Under the pieces are notes generated by a model. It was not told the origin of the DNA. It did not search any database and saw nothing but the letters and a program-made list of their open reading frames with translations. A stretch of 64,000 bases of DNA from an uncultured Acidobacteriota bacterium. GTDB lineage: Bacteria > Acidobacteriota > Vicinamibacteria > Vicinamibacterales > CAVVIG01. Positions 48,225 through 58,154 of the stretch are shown here, one piece after another. Numbering within the stretch: the first letter of the stretch is position 1; every line of letters begins with the position of its first letter. A program made the translations under genes and the position numbers. The stretch spans positions 128,072-192,071 of the forward strand of contig CAWACZ010000010.1 in the NCBI GenBank assembly GCA_963780685.1, given 5' to 3'.

Positions 48225-50684
48225 TCACTTCCCCACATCGAACGTGAATCCGAAAGACCGCTCGATGGGATTGAAGAACGTTCCGTAGTCGGGCGATGTC
48301 AGGTTGTTCTGGACGTCGCGGTCTGCCGAAGCTCCGAGAACGTTGTACATCTTTATGCCCGCGCGGAGGCGGTAGTTCTTGAACCGGAACGGTCGCGTCA
48401 AGGTGAAGTCGAGCGTGCTGACGACAGGCAGACGTCCGGCACGATTGCGCGTCCCCACGAAATCCTGGAACTCGTTCACGGCGGACCAGGGAAATCCGGA
48501 TCGCAGCTCCAGCAACGGCGCGACATCCCACTTGCCTGGCAATCCGAAGGTGCCGCGGACCAGCAGCCGGTGACGAACGTCTGTCGCGGTGAGGCTGTTC
48601 TCGTTCGACCGGATAATCGGGTTCCGGAGGTTGCCGAAGAACTGATCGTAGTTGTTCAGGTCGGCGGTCCCGCGCGCCCATACGTACGAGATGGTGACGT
48701 CCCGCCGTGCGCCACCCATGTATCGCGTGGTCGCCTCCAACTCCCTGTAGATGGACAGGCCGTTGCTGGCCAGGTTCAGCTCGCCGGCCGCCGGGTCCGG
48801 CGTCACGACGAACTCGTGGCGGCCGGAGCGCCGCATGAATTCCAGCTTGAAGAGCAATCGGCGGCCGAAGCGCTGATTCCATTCGATATTGCCGACGTAG
48901 GCTTCTGGCGTCCGCAGGTTGGGGTCGAGGACATTGACGAATGTGATCGGAAGACCGAGCGGACCACCGGTCGCGTCGAAGCGTGCGACTGTCCGCGGCT
49001 CGAACATCGGGAACGCCGCAATGTTGAGGGGGGTCCGCTGGACGAATTTGCCGAAGCCACCCCGCAGAATCGCCCGTCCTTCCGGAGCGACGCCAATCGC
49101 CATACCCGCACGTGGCGACCAGTTCACCCGCTCGACGATGGCGTCGCGATCGAACCGCAGCCCCAGTTCGAGCGTAATCCGCGATCCCAGTCGCCAGCGG
49201 TCCTGCGCAAACGTCGCGAACTCGACCCCGGCGGCTTCCTGCTCCTGACGAGGCCCGAACATCGTCAACTCGGCCAGCGACCCGTCCAGGCGGCGAATCT
49301 CCAGCGGCCGGCTCTCGGTGAAGCCACCGAATTGGGAGTACTGCAAATCCGTGCCGACTTTGAACACATGCTGGCCGTGCCAATCGCGGGACATGCTGAG
49401 CGCCTCGACCCATTGAAGACTGGAAACCTCGCGCTCCTGGTCGTTGAAGAAGCTGCCGCTCTGACTCTGCGGCGCGTACACCATCGGGTTCCGGCCGTCA
49501 GTGTTGGCATGGACTTCGAACCATCGACCCGACAGGGTCGTCTCGAGAACCACGTCATTCGCCAGCGCCAGCCGATCCACGAGACCGGTCGACCAGCCGC
49601 TCTGGTTGAAGTCAGGAGCCGTCTCTGGTGGCCGGAACGTGTCCATCGTGATGCGCCTGATTTTGCGTGGAAAAGAAATCAGCGCGGCACCGATGGTGTG
49701 GCGCGATGAGAGCACGGTGTCGAATCGCGTAAACGAGTCGAGACTCGTCAGCTCGATTTCGGGCTCTTCCGGCAGGCTTCTAACCGGAGTGTTGATAAAC
49801 CGATATTGAAAATCCTGCGCGATGAACATCCGGTCGCGCTTGAGCGGTCCCCGTATCGAGAAGCGGGGCTCGAACCCGCGGATCCCGGCGAATCCTTTCC
49901 TGATGCGCGGAAGGAAATTGTCGGGCCTCACCTCCCAGTCGTTCGTTCCCTGTCTCGTGCGAACTTGCGTGATGCTGGTCGAAAAGCGTCCGTATTCCGC
50001 CGCGAAGGGATTGGCCAGTACCTCGACCGACTCCACGCTCTGCGATGGGACTTCCAGATCGAAATCACCTGATGACGGGTCGTTCAGGCTGGCGCTGCTC
50101 ATCTGCAGCGCGCCCTGCGAGGGTTGACCGCCCTTGATGCGCAGACGGCCGTCGGGCCCCCGCACCACGCCTGGCAGCAACAGCAGCAGGCTTTGGAAGT
50201 CGTCCCCCGCGAGCGGGGCAATCTCAAATACCTGGCCGGAGAGCATATCGCTCATGGACACGGGCTGCACGCTGTCGGTCGGCGACGGCGTTTCGGCGCG
50301 GACTTCGACATCGGGCAACACGAAGATCAGCTGAATGTCCAGAAGTACCAGAGTGACTTCGCCTGCTTTGACGTCGAACGGCGTCGAATCCCTCGCGAGA
50401 AAGCCCGGTCTCGTCGCCTTGACGAAGTACCGGCCAGGCGGCACGTCCGGAAACGTGACCTGGCCCACACCATCGGTCGTCGTCTTGGCAAGAACCGTCG
50501 TATCCGACGTGGTCCGCAACTCGACCTGGACGCCCGCCATCTGCACGGTTCCTCCAAGCGTGGTGATGGTTGCGATGATGCGTCCGGTTGATTGTTGAGC
50601 AGTCTCGAAAGCGTCCGTTTCGCGCGCAAGTGCAAGAGTCTGGAGCAACCCGATGAGCACTGCGACAAGAAGCCTCTCAGACAT
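48225..50684 (-). CDS. TonB-dependent receptor-like outer-membrane protein with an N-terminal carboxypeptidase-regulatory-like domain
   Basis: Signal peptide from ATG 50684 (MSERLLVAVLIGLLQTLALA). CarboxypepD_reg-like domain (VQVELRTT..TTTDGVGQVTFPDVPPGRYFVKATRPGF), followed by a plug and a long beta-barrel region. The ORF-track GTG start is 50735. Confidence 0.82.
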   Translation of the reverse strand: MSERLLVAVLIGLLQTLALARETDAFETAQQSTGRIIATITTLGGTVQMAGVQVELRTTSDTTVLAKTTTDGVGQVTFPDVPPGRYFVKATRPGFLARDSTPFDVKAGEVTLVLLDIQLIFVLPDVEVRAETPSPTDSVQPVSMSDMLSGQVFEIAPLAGDDFQSLLLLLPGVVRGPDGRLRIKGGQPSQGALQMSSASLNDPSSGDFDLEVPSQSVESVEVLANPFAAEYGRFSTSITQVRTRQGTNDWEVRPDNFLPRIRKGFAGIRGFEPRFSIRGPLKRDRMFIAQDFQYRFINTPVRSLPEEPEIELTSLDSFTRFDTVLSSRHTIGAALISFPRKIRRITMDTFRPPETAPDFNQSGWSTGLVDRLALANDVVLETTLSGRWFEVHANTDGRNPMVYAPQSQSGSFFNDQEREVSSLQWVEALSMSRDWHGQHVFKVGTDLQYSQFGGFTESRPLEIRRLDGSLAELTMFGPRQEQEAAGVEFATFAQDRWRLGSRITLELGLRFDRDAIVERVNWSPRAGMAIGVAPEGRAILRGGFGKFVQRTPLNIAAFPMFEPRTVARFDATGGPLGLPITFVNVLDPNLRTPEAYVGNIEWNQRFGRRLLFKLEFMRRSGRHEFVVTPDPAAGELNLASNGLSIYRELEATTRYMGGARRDVTISYVWARGTADLNNYDQFFGNLRNPIIRSNENSLTATDVRHRLLVRGTFGLPGKWDVAPLLELRSGFPWSAVNEFQDFVGTRNRAGRLPVVSTLDFTLTRPFRFKNYRLRAGIKMYNVLGASADRDVQNNLTSPDYGTFFNPIERSFGFTFDVGK

Positions 50685-51096
50685 CGTTTTTACGCCTGGC
50701 CATGTGCGGTCGGATGAATTCGAGTTCCCGGTCACTTGAGAGGATCTCAGCGTCAGGGGCCTCAGTCTCTCACAAGGCGCGGGATGGGGCCAGTGGAGCG
50801 CTTATGAGGAAATGGTTTCATTACGTGTGGTGCGAGGTGGCTTGATTGAGCACGGCGAAGCCCGTGTGATTGGAGCACTGATCAGTATGGCGCGCCCGGC
50901 CAGAATTGAACTGGCGGCCCCCCGCTTAGGAGTTACGCGAAGGTTATCGCCGTTCAATGTCTGACCGTGGGGCGGCTCCTGCTGTAGCGTCTCTCGGTTC
51001 CACGACGGAACTCCCCTGAAGAGCCCCGCCTTGGCGGCGCTGGCCGTCGAGCACGGACCCCTTAACGTTGCTCCATGATGAAGGTCACGCCCGCAC

Positions 51097-52343
51097 CTAT
51101 ATCTGCAAGGCGTTCGCAACGGGCTGATGACCTTTCTGCCCGTAGTACGCAATGTACAGATAGCAGGCCAGGGGCAGGGCGAACGAATAGAGCAGGCTCG
51201 CATTGTCCGCAAGCCACCCCATCGCGACCGGCACGATGGCGCCGCCGACGATGGCCATACACAGGACGCCTGAGCCTTCGCCCGTGCGACGGCCGAGCCC
51301 CTGGATGGCGAGTGTGAAGATGGTCGGGAACATGATCGAGTTGAACAGCCCGACGGCGATAACGGCCCACATCGCCGTGCTGCCCGCAGTCATCATGGCC
51401 ACCACCAAGAGGATGGCCGCCACCAGCGCGTTGAAAGCGAGTACGGAGCCGGGCTTCCTGTATCGAAGCACGAAAGAGCCGATGAAGCGGCCGACCATGG
51501 CGCCACCCCAGTAGAACGACAGATAGCCACCCGCAACAGCGGCCGAAAGGCCTGCGATCTGTGGCTGCTCCGCGAAGTTCACGAAGAAGCTGCCAATCGA
51601 GACTTCCGCGCCGACGTAGAGAAAAATCGCAACGGCACCGAGCACGAGCGGCCGATGCGACCACACGCTGCCGGGATCGTTGTCCGCCATTCCGGAGGAG
51701 CCATCGGATCTTGCGCTTCGATCTTCGGCAAAGCGACGACACCGACGAGGAGGGCAATGAGGCAGAGCGCAACCGCAAGCCCCAGATAGGGACCCTGCAC
51801 CGCGCGCGCCTCGGCAGCCGGCGGCATGCCGCCGCCGCCAATCACGGCCGGCACCGCGAGGATGAGGCTGGTGCCGATCGCGGGCCCGATGGTAGTACCG
51901 AGCGAGTTGAACGCCTGCGTCAGGTTCAACCGGCTGGAGGCTGTTTCCGGCGGCCCGAGAATCGCGACATACGGGTTTGCGGCGACCTGGAGCAGGGTGA
52001 TGCCGGAGGCGAGCACGAACAGCGCGCCGAGGAACAGCGGGTACGAACGCGCGCCCGCGGCCGGATAGAACATCGCGCAACCGGCGCTCGCGACGACCAG
52101 GCCGAGCACGATGCCCGGCTTGTATCCGACGCGCTCGACCAGCATGCCCGAGGGCATGGACATCACGAAGTAGGCGCCGAAAAAGCAGAACTGGATCAGC
52201 ATCGCCTGAACGTAACTCAGCTCGAACGCCGCCCTCAGGTGCGGGATCAGGATGTCGTTGAGCGAGGTGATCAGCCCCCACATGAAGAACAGCGATGTCA
52301 GCACGATCAGCGCACCGGTGTATTTCTTCCCGTCGGCAGTCAT
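51097..52343 (-). pseudogene. sugar MFS transporter (FucP/GluP glucose-galactose-fucose family), frame broken by a 1-nt deletion near 51705
   Basis: ORF 51579..52343 carries the FucP-type N-half ([18 protein letters not shown]...). The frame of ORF 51097..52281 carries the C-half (..[19 protein letters not shown]...IQGLG..T..GSG.L.MAIVGGAIVP). The halves join around ..PKIEAQDP|DGSSGMAD... Confidence 0.85.
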
Positions 52344-52638
52344 TCCGTCTCCTTCACGCCTTTGACCGCGATTTCAGCATGTCCGGCGAAGATTGGCACG
52401 GCTGTCGACGAAATAGCAACGGCACGCAGCCGCATGAAGGGCTGCCGCGCGCATCGGTGCCGCTCGAGAGCGGCCCCAGCAGAAGACGCGGCGATGGCGG
52501 TGATGTACACCGGATGCTCTGGAAATGCCGGCAGAGCTGACCCCAGATCCCGCTGTCTGGGAAACGTCAGCCGCGCTGAGTGGGCCCGAAGGAGAAAATC
52601 AGCCTCGCCCTCGAGTTCACCGGATACGCAGCATCAGC

Positions 52639-54978
52639 TCATCGGCCGACCCGATAGGTCTCACCGACCACCTCGAACCGCGCGCGCTGCCCCTCGTCCG
52701 CGGAGCTGGTGCCCACCCACACCGTGAACGAGCCCGGCTCCACCACCCGCTGCATCTGCAGATCGTAGAACGCGAGATCATCCGGACCCAGTGTGAACGA
52801 AACCCTGCGCGTCTGACCCGGTTGGAGCGTGACGCGCTGGAAGCCGCGCAGCTCCCGGATCGGTCGCGTCACGCTGGCGACGTCATCGCGCACGTAGAGC
52901 TGCACTAGTTCATCGCCCGCGAGCGATCCACCGTTCGTCACGTCGACTTGAACGACGATCGAGCCGCCGGCCTGGATGCCCGCGGCGCTCAGCTGCAGAG
53001 CCGAATAGGCGAATGTCGTGTAACTGAGGCCATGGCCGAACGGGTACAGCGGCGTCCACGGCACGTCGATGTACTTCGACGTGTAACGCTCCCGGTCGGA
53101 GGGCGGGCGCCCCGTGTTCTTGTGGTTGTAGTAGAGCGGCTCCTGCCCGACGGTGCGGGGGAAGCTGACCGGCAGCTTGCCGCTCGGGTTGTAATCACCG
53201 AACAGCACATCGGCCACCGCCGGCCCCATCTGCACGCCGAGATACCATGCCTCCAGAATCGCCGGCACGTTCTCATCCATCCACGGAACCGAAAGCGGTC
53301 GGCCGTTCATCAGCACCACGATCAACGGCTTGCCGGTGGCGTGCACCGCTTCCAGTAATTGCTGCTGAACGCCGGGCAGATCCAGCGAAGAGCGATTGCG
53401 TGCCTCCGCGCTCATGTCCTGATGTTCGCCGAGGACCATGATTACCGCGTCGGCCTCGCGCGCCGCACGCACCGCCTCCGCAAAACCGGCCGTATTAGTG
53501 CCTTCTACGGGCGCGCCGGCGGCGTAAACCACGTTCGTCTTCGGTGCGGCCCGGCGGATACCCGTGAGCACGGAAATGACATCATCCGCGCGCCCGGCTG
53601 CGGCCCATGAGCCGAGCGCCGAACGACGATCATCGGCGAGGGTGCCGATCACCGCCAGCCTCCGCAGGTCCTTCCGCAGCGGGAGCAGCAGCGCACCCTT
53701 ATGCGGCGCGTTCTTGAGCAGGACTATCGACTTGCGTGCCAGTTCGCGGGCTGTCGCGATGTGCTCCGGCGCCATGATCAATCGCGTCTCGCGGACCGGA
53801 TCGCTGTAGCGGTACGGATCGTCGAACAGCCCGAGCCGGTACTTGGCACGCAGGATACGTCGGACGGACTCATCCACCACCGATTCCGCCAGCCGGCCCG
53901 CGCGCACGGCCGCGGGCAGATGCCGGACATAGATCGCGCTCACCATGTCGATGTCTACGCCCGCCGTGAGGGCGAGAATCCCGGCGTGCGTCTGGTCCGC
54001 CGCAATGCCATGCTGGATGAGCTCCATCACGCCCGTATAGTCGCTCACGTAGAGACCGTCCCAGCCCCACTCGCCGCGCAGGACGCCGTTGTTGAGCCAC
54101 GCATTGGCGTGCATTGGCACGCCGCCGACCTCATTGAATGCACCCATCACCGCTGCCGCGCCGGCATCCACTGCAGCTTTGAACGGAGGCAGGTAAATCT
54201 CCCGCAGCGTACGCTCGGAAACGTCAACCGTATTGTAGTCACGGCCTGCTTCCGCGCCGCCGTAGGCCACGAAGTGTTTGGCTGTCGCGAGGATCGTGAG
54301 GCTGTCACGCAGGTCCGCGCCCTGGAAACCGCGCACGCGCGCTGCCGCCATTGCCGAGCCGAGGTACGGATCCTCACCCGCGCCCTCGACGATGCGCCCC
54401 CACCGCGCATCGCGTGCGATGTCGACCATCGGCGCAAACGTCCAGTGCAGTCCCGCGGCGGCCGCTTCAATCGCTGCAACACGTGCGGCGCGCTCGACAG
54501 CCGCTACATCCCAGCTCGCGGCCTCCGCCAGCGGGACCGGGAACACGGTGCGGAAGCCGTGGATGACGTCATCCGCGAACATGAGCGGAATGTGCGTGCG
54601 CGATTCCTCGACCGCGATGCGCTGCAGCTCCCGCGTGTAGGCAGCCCCGTGAACACCGAGAAATGACCCCACCCGGCCCATGCGGATCTCGGCCTCGCCG
54701 CCCTCTGGCACTTGTGGGCCCGTCGGCGTGCCACGACCACGATATTGCGCGAGCTGACCCAGCTTCTCTTCCAGCGTGAGTCCGGCGAGCACCGAATCGA
54801 CGAACTGCTCCATCGCCGCATCGCGCTGCGGTGCCGTCCTGATCGGAGCTGCGAGCTGCGGCCTCCCCCCGGGCGGCGGCCGGCTCTCGCACGCCTGCAT
54901 CAGCAGCATCACGGCGCAACCGAACGACGCCAGCCGTTGCGTCCTGGTGAATCCAGTCGCTGAAGAAGCAGTTCGCAT
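52639..54978 (-). CDS. bglX: glycoside hydrolase family 3 beta-glucosidase (BglX-like)
   Basis: GH3 N- and C-domains are present (..DVIHGFRTVFPVPLAEAASWD.., GEWGWDGLYVSDY nucleophile region, fibronectin-like C-terminus). ATG 54978 gives a lipoprotein-like signal (..AVMLLMQAC). The ORF-track start is 55089. Confidence 0.92.
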   Translation of the reverse strand: MRTASSATGFTRTQRLASFGCAVMLLMQACESRPPPGGRPQLAAPIRTAPQRDAAMEQFVDSVLAGLTLEEKLGQLAQYRGRGTPTGPQVPEGGEAEIRMGRVGSFLGVHGAAYTRELQRIAVEESRTHIPLMFADDVIHGFRTVFPVPLAEAASWDVAAVERAARVAAIEAAAAGLHWTFAPMVDIARDARWGRIVEGAGEDPYLGSAMAAARVRGFQGADLRDSLTILATAKHFVAYGGAEAGRDYNTVDVSERTLREIYLPPFKAAVDAGAAAVMGAFNEVGGVPMHANAWLNNGVLRGEWGWDGLYVSDYTGVMELIQHGIAADQTHAGILALTAGVDIDMVSAIYVRHLPAAVRAGRLAESVVDESVRRILRAKYRLGLFDDPYRYSDPVRETRLIMAPEHIATARELARKSIVLLKNAPHKGALLLPLRKDLRRLAVIGTLADDRRSALGSWAAAGRADDVISVLTGIRRAAPKTNVVYAAGAPVEGTNTAGFAEAVRAAREADAVIMVLGEHQDMSAEARNRSSLDLPGVQQQLLEAVHATGKPLIVVLMNGRPLSVPWMDENVPAILEAWYLGVQMGPAVADVLFGDYNPSGKLPVSFPRTVGQEPLYYNHKNTGRPPSDRERYTSKYIDVPWTPLYPFGHGLSYTTFAYSALQLSAAGIQAGGSIVVQVDVTNGGSLAGDELVQLYVRDDVASVTRPIRELRGFQRVTLQPGQTRRVSFTLGPDDLAFYDLQMQRVVEPGSFTVWVGTSSADEGQRARFEVVGETYRVGR

Positions 54979-55088
54979 AAGGCTCGGTCTCTTGGGTTGG
55001 GAGGAGGTCGGCCTAGACAACATGGCTGTCACAGCTTCTGCGTGACGGAGTCGCTCAGTCGACGGCCGCCTGCGCGGGGCCCCTTGCA

Positions 55089-55314
55089 TTTGAGGGACCT
55101 GCTCTGCTGCAGGGATGCCGTTATCCGGAGCGCGAGAGCTGGACGCTTCCGTACCGCCGCTGGGTCTCAGTTTTCCACCGCCCCGTCACGTATCACGCTG
55201 CAGGAATACCGCGACACGATCGACGAGACCGAGCAACGGATCGCGCGGCTGACCGATCAACAGCGTCAACTCGCACCAACGTGGCGGTGGGCTCCTGTGG
55301 TCGCGGCCCTGCAG
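55089..55314 (+). mobile_element. IS110-family transposase gene remnant (internal fragment, frameshifted, truncated at both ends)
   Basis: One frame gives ..LLQGCRYPERESWTLPYRRWVSVFHRP... The next frame gives ITLQEYRDTIDETEQRIARLTDQQRQLAPTWRWAPVVAALQ. This matches the central IS110 pattern (..RHGRRYP..WT..HRRWL..F..P....LQEY...V......R...L...I......W..APVV.ALQ...G). There are no DEDD N-domain, no C-terminus and no ends. Confidence 0.6.
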
Positions 55315-55319
55315 GTCCA

Positions 55320-56663
55320 TCAGTAACTCGCGAACCCGGCACGCTCCAGCGCGCGGCGTACAATGGCGTTCTGCATGAACGTGTTCCAGACGAACCCGGT
55401 GCGAAGGTTCTCCGCCATGAGCAGCGTTATCCCCGTGTCGATGCCGATGACGTCGGGGTCGTACCAGTCCTTCATGGGATTGAAGGCGTTAATGAACCCG
55501 TAACGGCTCCAGGTGCGCTCGTAGCGTCGTCTTATCGTCTTGAGAACCCGCAGCGCCGGCCCCGTCAGAAACGGCAACGACCCGGCCGCCGCGCTCGGAA
55601 CGACGGTTCCGTCGATCGGTCCCATTTCAGGAGGACCGCCCCAGACGGCGTAGCCGTTCGGCGAATCCGACGCGGTGATGCCCCACAGATCCTCGCTGAA
55701 ATGGGGATAGCGACCGGCCAGTTCCAGGCAGAATCGTCGATGGGCGTCAGTAGCGGCCACCGAATTCAGGAAGTAGTCGCCGTAGCGGTCGCGCCGCCGC
55801 CGGAAGTCGAACCAGGCCTGCGAGTACTGGTGCACGAACAGTGGCGCGAAAGAACCGATGTAGCGCAAGCCGTCGTATTCAAACGTGGTGCGTTTCCACG
55901 CGTGCCAGGTCTGGACAGGCAATGGAGACGTAGACGAGCCGAGCCCGAGCAGGTACATCATCATCAGCTCGCTGTACCCATCCCAGCGATACTGAAGGAA
56001 GCCTCCCTCCGGCCTCCAGCCATGCGGCAGCAGCGACGTGTCCGCCGAGAGCCACATCCAATCAACACGGTCGAAGATCTGCGTCGCCAGACGCGTGATC
56101 TCTCGGAGACGGAAGTGCTCGCGGCACGTGAGCACGCCGCAGAGCAGAATCGCCGTGTCGATGGACGAAACCTCGGAGTCCCAGATTCTCGCACCCGAGT
56201 GCAGATCCGCCCAGTGGTAGAAGAACCCCCGGTGGGTCGGCATCTCAGACTCGAGAAAGTGAAGAGCGGCGATCACGCGGTCGTGGGCTTGGCTAGTGGG
56301 CACGAACTTGCGCTGTTCGCCGATGCAGATCGCGGTCAGGCCGAATCCCGTGGCCGCAATGCTCGCGGCTGTGCGTGTGTCGGTTGCCGCACGCACGTCA
56401 ACCCGGTCTCGGACGAGTCCCGTAATCGGGTCCGCCTGGTCCCAGAAGTAGCGGAACGTGGCCAGTTCAATCTCATCCAGCAGGCTCTCGTCCTCCGCCG
56501 ACAGGGCATAGGATGTGTTCTGCCCTTTGGGCTTGTCCTGTGCCTGGGCCTGCGCGTGCGGACGCGCCGCCAGGGCGGCCAGGGTTGCGGCGAGGGTGGG
56601 TCCGGCGCACATGATTTCGATCAGCGCCTCCCGGCGCGATATGGTTGGGGTATGGACTGGCAA
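55320..56663 (-). CDS. glucoamylase-family / GH144-like endo-beta-1,2-glucanase, Tat-secreted
   Basis: Motifs FRYFWDQADPITGLVRDR, SIAATGFGLTA, GFFYHWADL, SIDTAILLCG, YSELMMMYLLGLGS, PLFVHQYSQAWFDFR and WGITASDSPNGY. The TTG at 56663 has GGAGGG 7 nt upstream and gives the Tat signal ..TISRREALIEI..AARPHAQA. The ORF-track start is 56750. Confidence 0.78.
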   Translation of the reverse strand: MPVHTPTISRREALIEIMCAGPTLAATLAALAARPHAQAQAQDKPKGQNTSYALSAEDESLLDEIELATFRYFWDQADPITGLVRDRVDVRAATDTRTAASIAATGFGLTAICIGEQRKFVPTSQAHDRVIAALHFLESEMPTHRGFFYHWADLHSGARIWDSEVSSIDTAILLCGVLTCREHFRLREITRLATQIFDRVDWMWLSADTSLLPHGWRPEGGFLQYRWDGYSELMMMYLLGLGSSTSPLPVQTWHAWKRTTFEYDGLRYIGSFAPLFVHQYSQAWFDFRRRRDRYGDYFLNSVAATDAHRRFCLELAGRYPHFSEDLWGITASDSPNGYAVWGGPPEMGPIDGTVVPSAAAGSLPFLTGPALRVLKTIRRRYERTWSRYGFINAFNPMKDWYDPDVIGIDTGITLLMAENLRTGFVWNTFMQNAIVRRALERAGFASY

Positions 56664-56749
56664 AAGGGAGCCCTCCGCCTGATTCGAATGAGAATATCTC
56701 TTTCGGTCTTTTAGCACGACCTCAGTAGGATTTGGGCTGGGCGCGGACA

Positions 56750-57754
56750 ATGGAGTACGGCGGCGGAAGACTGCTGTTCTGGGGGCGCGTCACGTTAGTC
56801 GCGGTCGTCGCGGCCGTCGCCGTCACGGAATTGCTGCCGCGGCGGCCGCAGCCCGGTGAGCTGAGGCTCATCACTGGAGCGGTTCTCACTGCAGATGGCG
56901 ATCTGAGCGAGCAGCGTCCGATCGCCGAAGCCCGGATCACGGCCGTCGGGGGCGCCTCGTCCGCGACCGGCCTCTCTGATCAATTGGGGTTGTTCCGCCT
57001 CACGCTCGATCCGCCTCTCTCGCCGGAACAACCCATCACATTGAATGTGGAGCACCCCGACTACCATCCGTTCGAAGAGGCCGACGTCCCGGCCAACCAG
57101 CTGCACCTCGTCCGGCTGACGCCGAACAAGATCGAAGCGAAACCGGTCGCCGAAGCGCCGGAGGTCGCGATCGCGAACATCCGTGTGCGGTACGCTTTCA
57201 GGGCCGAAACCATGATAGAGATCGGCAGCGCCGCGCGGACCTTCGAAATCGTCAATACGCCCAACACGCCGTGCAACAATTTGCCTCCCTGTTCACCTGA
57301 TGGTAGATGGAAGGCGACGGTCGGGAGGTTCTCGCTGGACGCCGGCGAGAACAAGCTGTTTCGCAACGTCCGCGTGTCCTGTCTTGCGGGCCCGTGCCCC
57401 TTCACGAAGGTGGAATCGGATGAGTTCTCGCGCGGCGGGCGCATCATCGGCGTCTCCGTTCTGAACTGGGCCGATACCGTGACCTACGTGGTTGAAGCGG
57501 AGGTTGCGCAAAGGACGGCCAGCGATCTGGTGCGTCACTCCTATCCGGTGATCTTCAACCGTTCCATGAATTTCACTCTCCCACCCCTCGCTCAGGGACC
57601 GAGCATCGAAGCCGAAGTGAATGGAGAGCCAATCGTGTTTCCGCTCGGCCCGCAGCTCCGACTCTCGTGGGCCACGTGCCGTCTCGACACCGGTGCGGAC
57701 GGCACCCGCTTGTACCGCTGCGAGCTGAAGACGGGCTATCTGTTCAAACCTTAG
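56750..57754 (+). CDS. hypothetical membrane-anchored protein with an N-terminal carboxypeptidase-regulatory-like domain and a Cys-rich C-terminal part
   Basis: One TM segment (VTLVAVVAAVAVTELL), then LRLITGAVLTADG...GLFRLTL...ITLNVEHPDYHPFE. There are eight Cys further on (..TPCNNLPPCSPDG.., VSCLAGPCPF, ATCRLD..YRCEL). Confidence 0.5.
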   Translation: MEYGGGRLLFWGRVTLVAVVAAVAVTELLPRRPQPGELRLITGAVLTADGDLSEQRPIAEARITAVGGASSATGLSDQLGLFRLTLDPPLSPEQPITLNVEHPDYHPFEEADVPANQLHLVRLTPNKIEAKPVAEAPEVAIANIRVRYAFRAETMIEIGSAARTFEIVNTPNTPCNNLPPCSPDGRWKATVGRFSLDAGENKLFRNVRVSCLAGPCPFTKVESDEFSRGGRIIGVSVLNWADTVTYVVEAEVAQRTASDLVRHSYPVIFNRSMNFTLPPLAQGPSIEAEVNGEPIVFPLGPQLRLSWATCRLDTGADGTRLYRCELKTGYLFKP

Positions 57755-58154
57755 CGCACCGATCGTCTCGCCGAGTCAGCCTTGCCAACATGGCACGCTA
57801 GAGGCCCGACGATAACAGGGATGCGCGCCATCGCCCACCGCGCTTCAGAGCGATCCCGTCCCACCGACCCCATGGTGTCGATGGAGTCCGAGAATCCTCA
57901 TCGAGATACATAACGGCTGCGGGTCGCGCTGAGTCGAAGTCCCTCACCCGGTGTGGCGATGTCAAAAGTGTGTAATTTTTTCCTAATTGCGCGCGGCATC
58001 AAATCTCAGCAATTCGATCGATTTTCAATCGCGGAGGAGCCGGTCCGTAATCGGACCAAGTCAGTTGGTCGCGGAACACCGTTGAAAAATGCCGTTTCGG
58101 CTTTCGAGCTCGAGGCAACGAACTTGCAGCAGGGCCCCCCGTTGAGCTCAGGGG

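Noticed and set aside
50888-50920. Possible tRNA gene (T-arm + acceptor + CCA on the minus strand)
   Set aside because: No complementary 5' acceptor strand (gcgcccg or G-U variants) is present. No 5-bp anticodon stem with a U33-containing 7-nt loop lies upstream, and no D-arm is present. The cloverleaf cannot be completed by hand, so it is kept only as a low-interest note.
50685-51096. Cobalamin or other riboswitch upstream of the TonB-dependent receptor-like gene
   Set aside because: I could not find a B12-box-like core or other riboswitch signature by eye. The receptor is of the CarboxypepD_reg type rather than BtuB-like. An Infernal scan is needed to be certain.
57785-57805. Sigma-54 promoter-like TGGCAC (aacatggcacgctagaggcc). 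Another candidate is TGGCAT..TTGC on the minus strand near 47671-47690.
   Set aside because: The -12 TTGC element is missing at the required 5-nt spacing in the first case. The spacing is 8 nt instead of 5 in the second.
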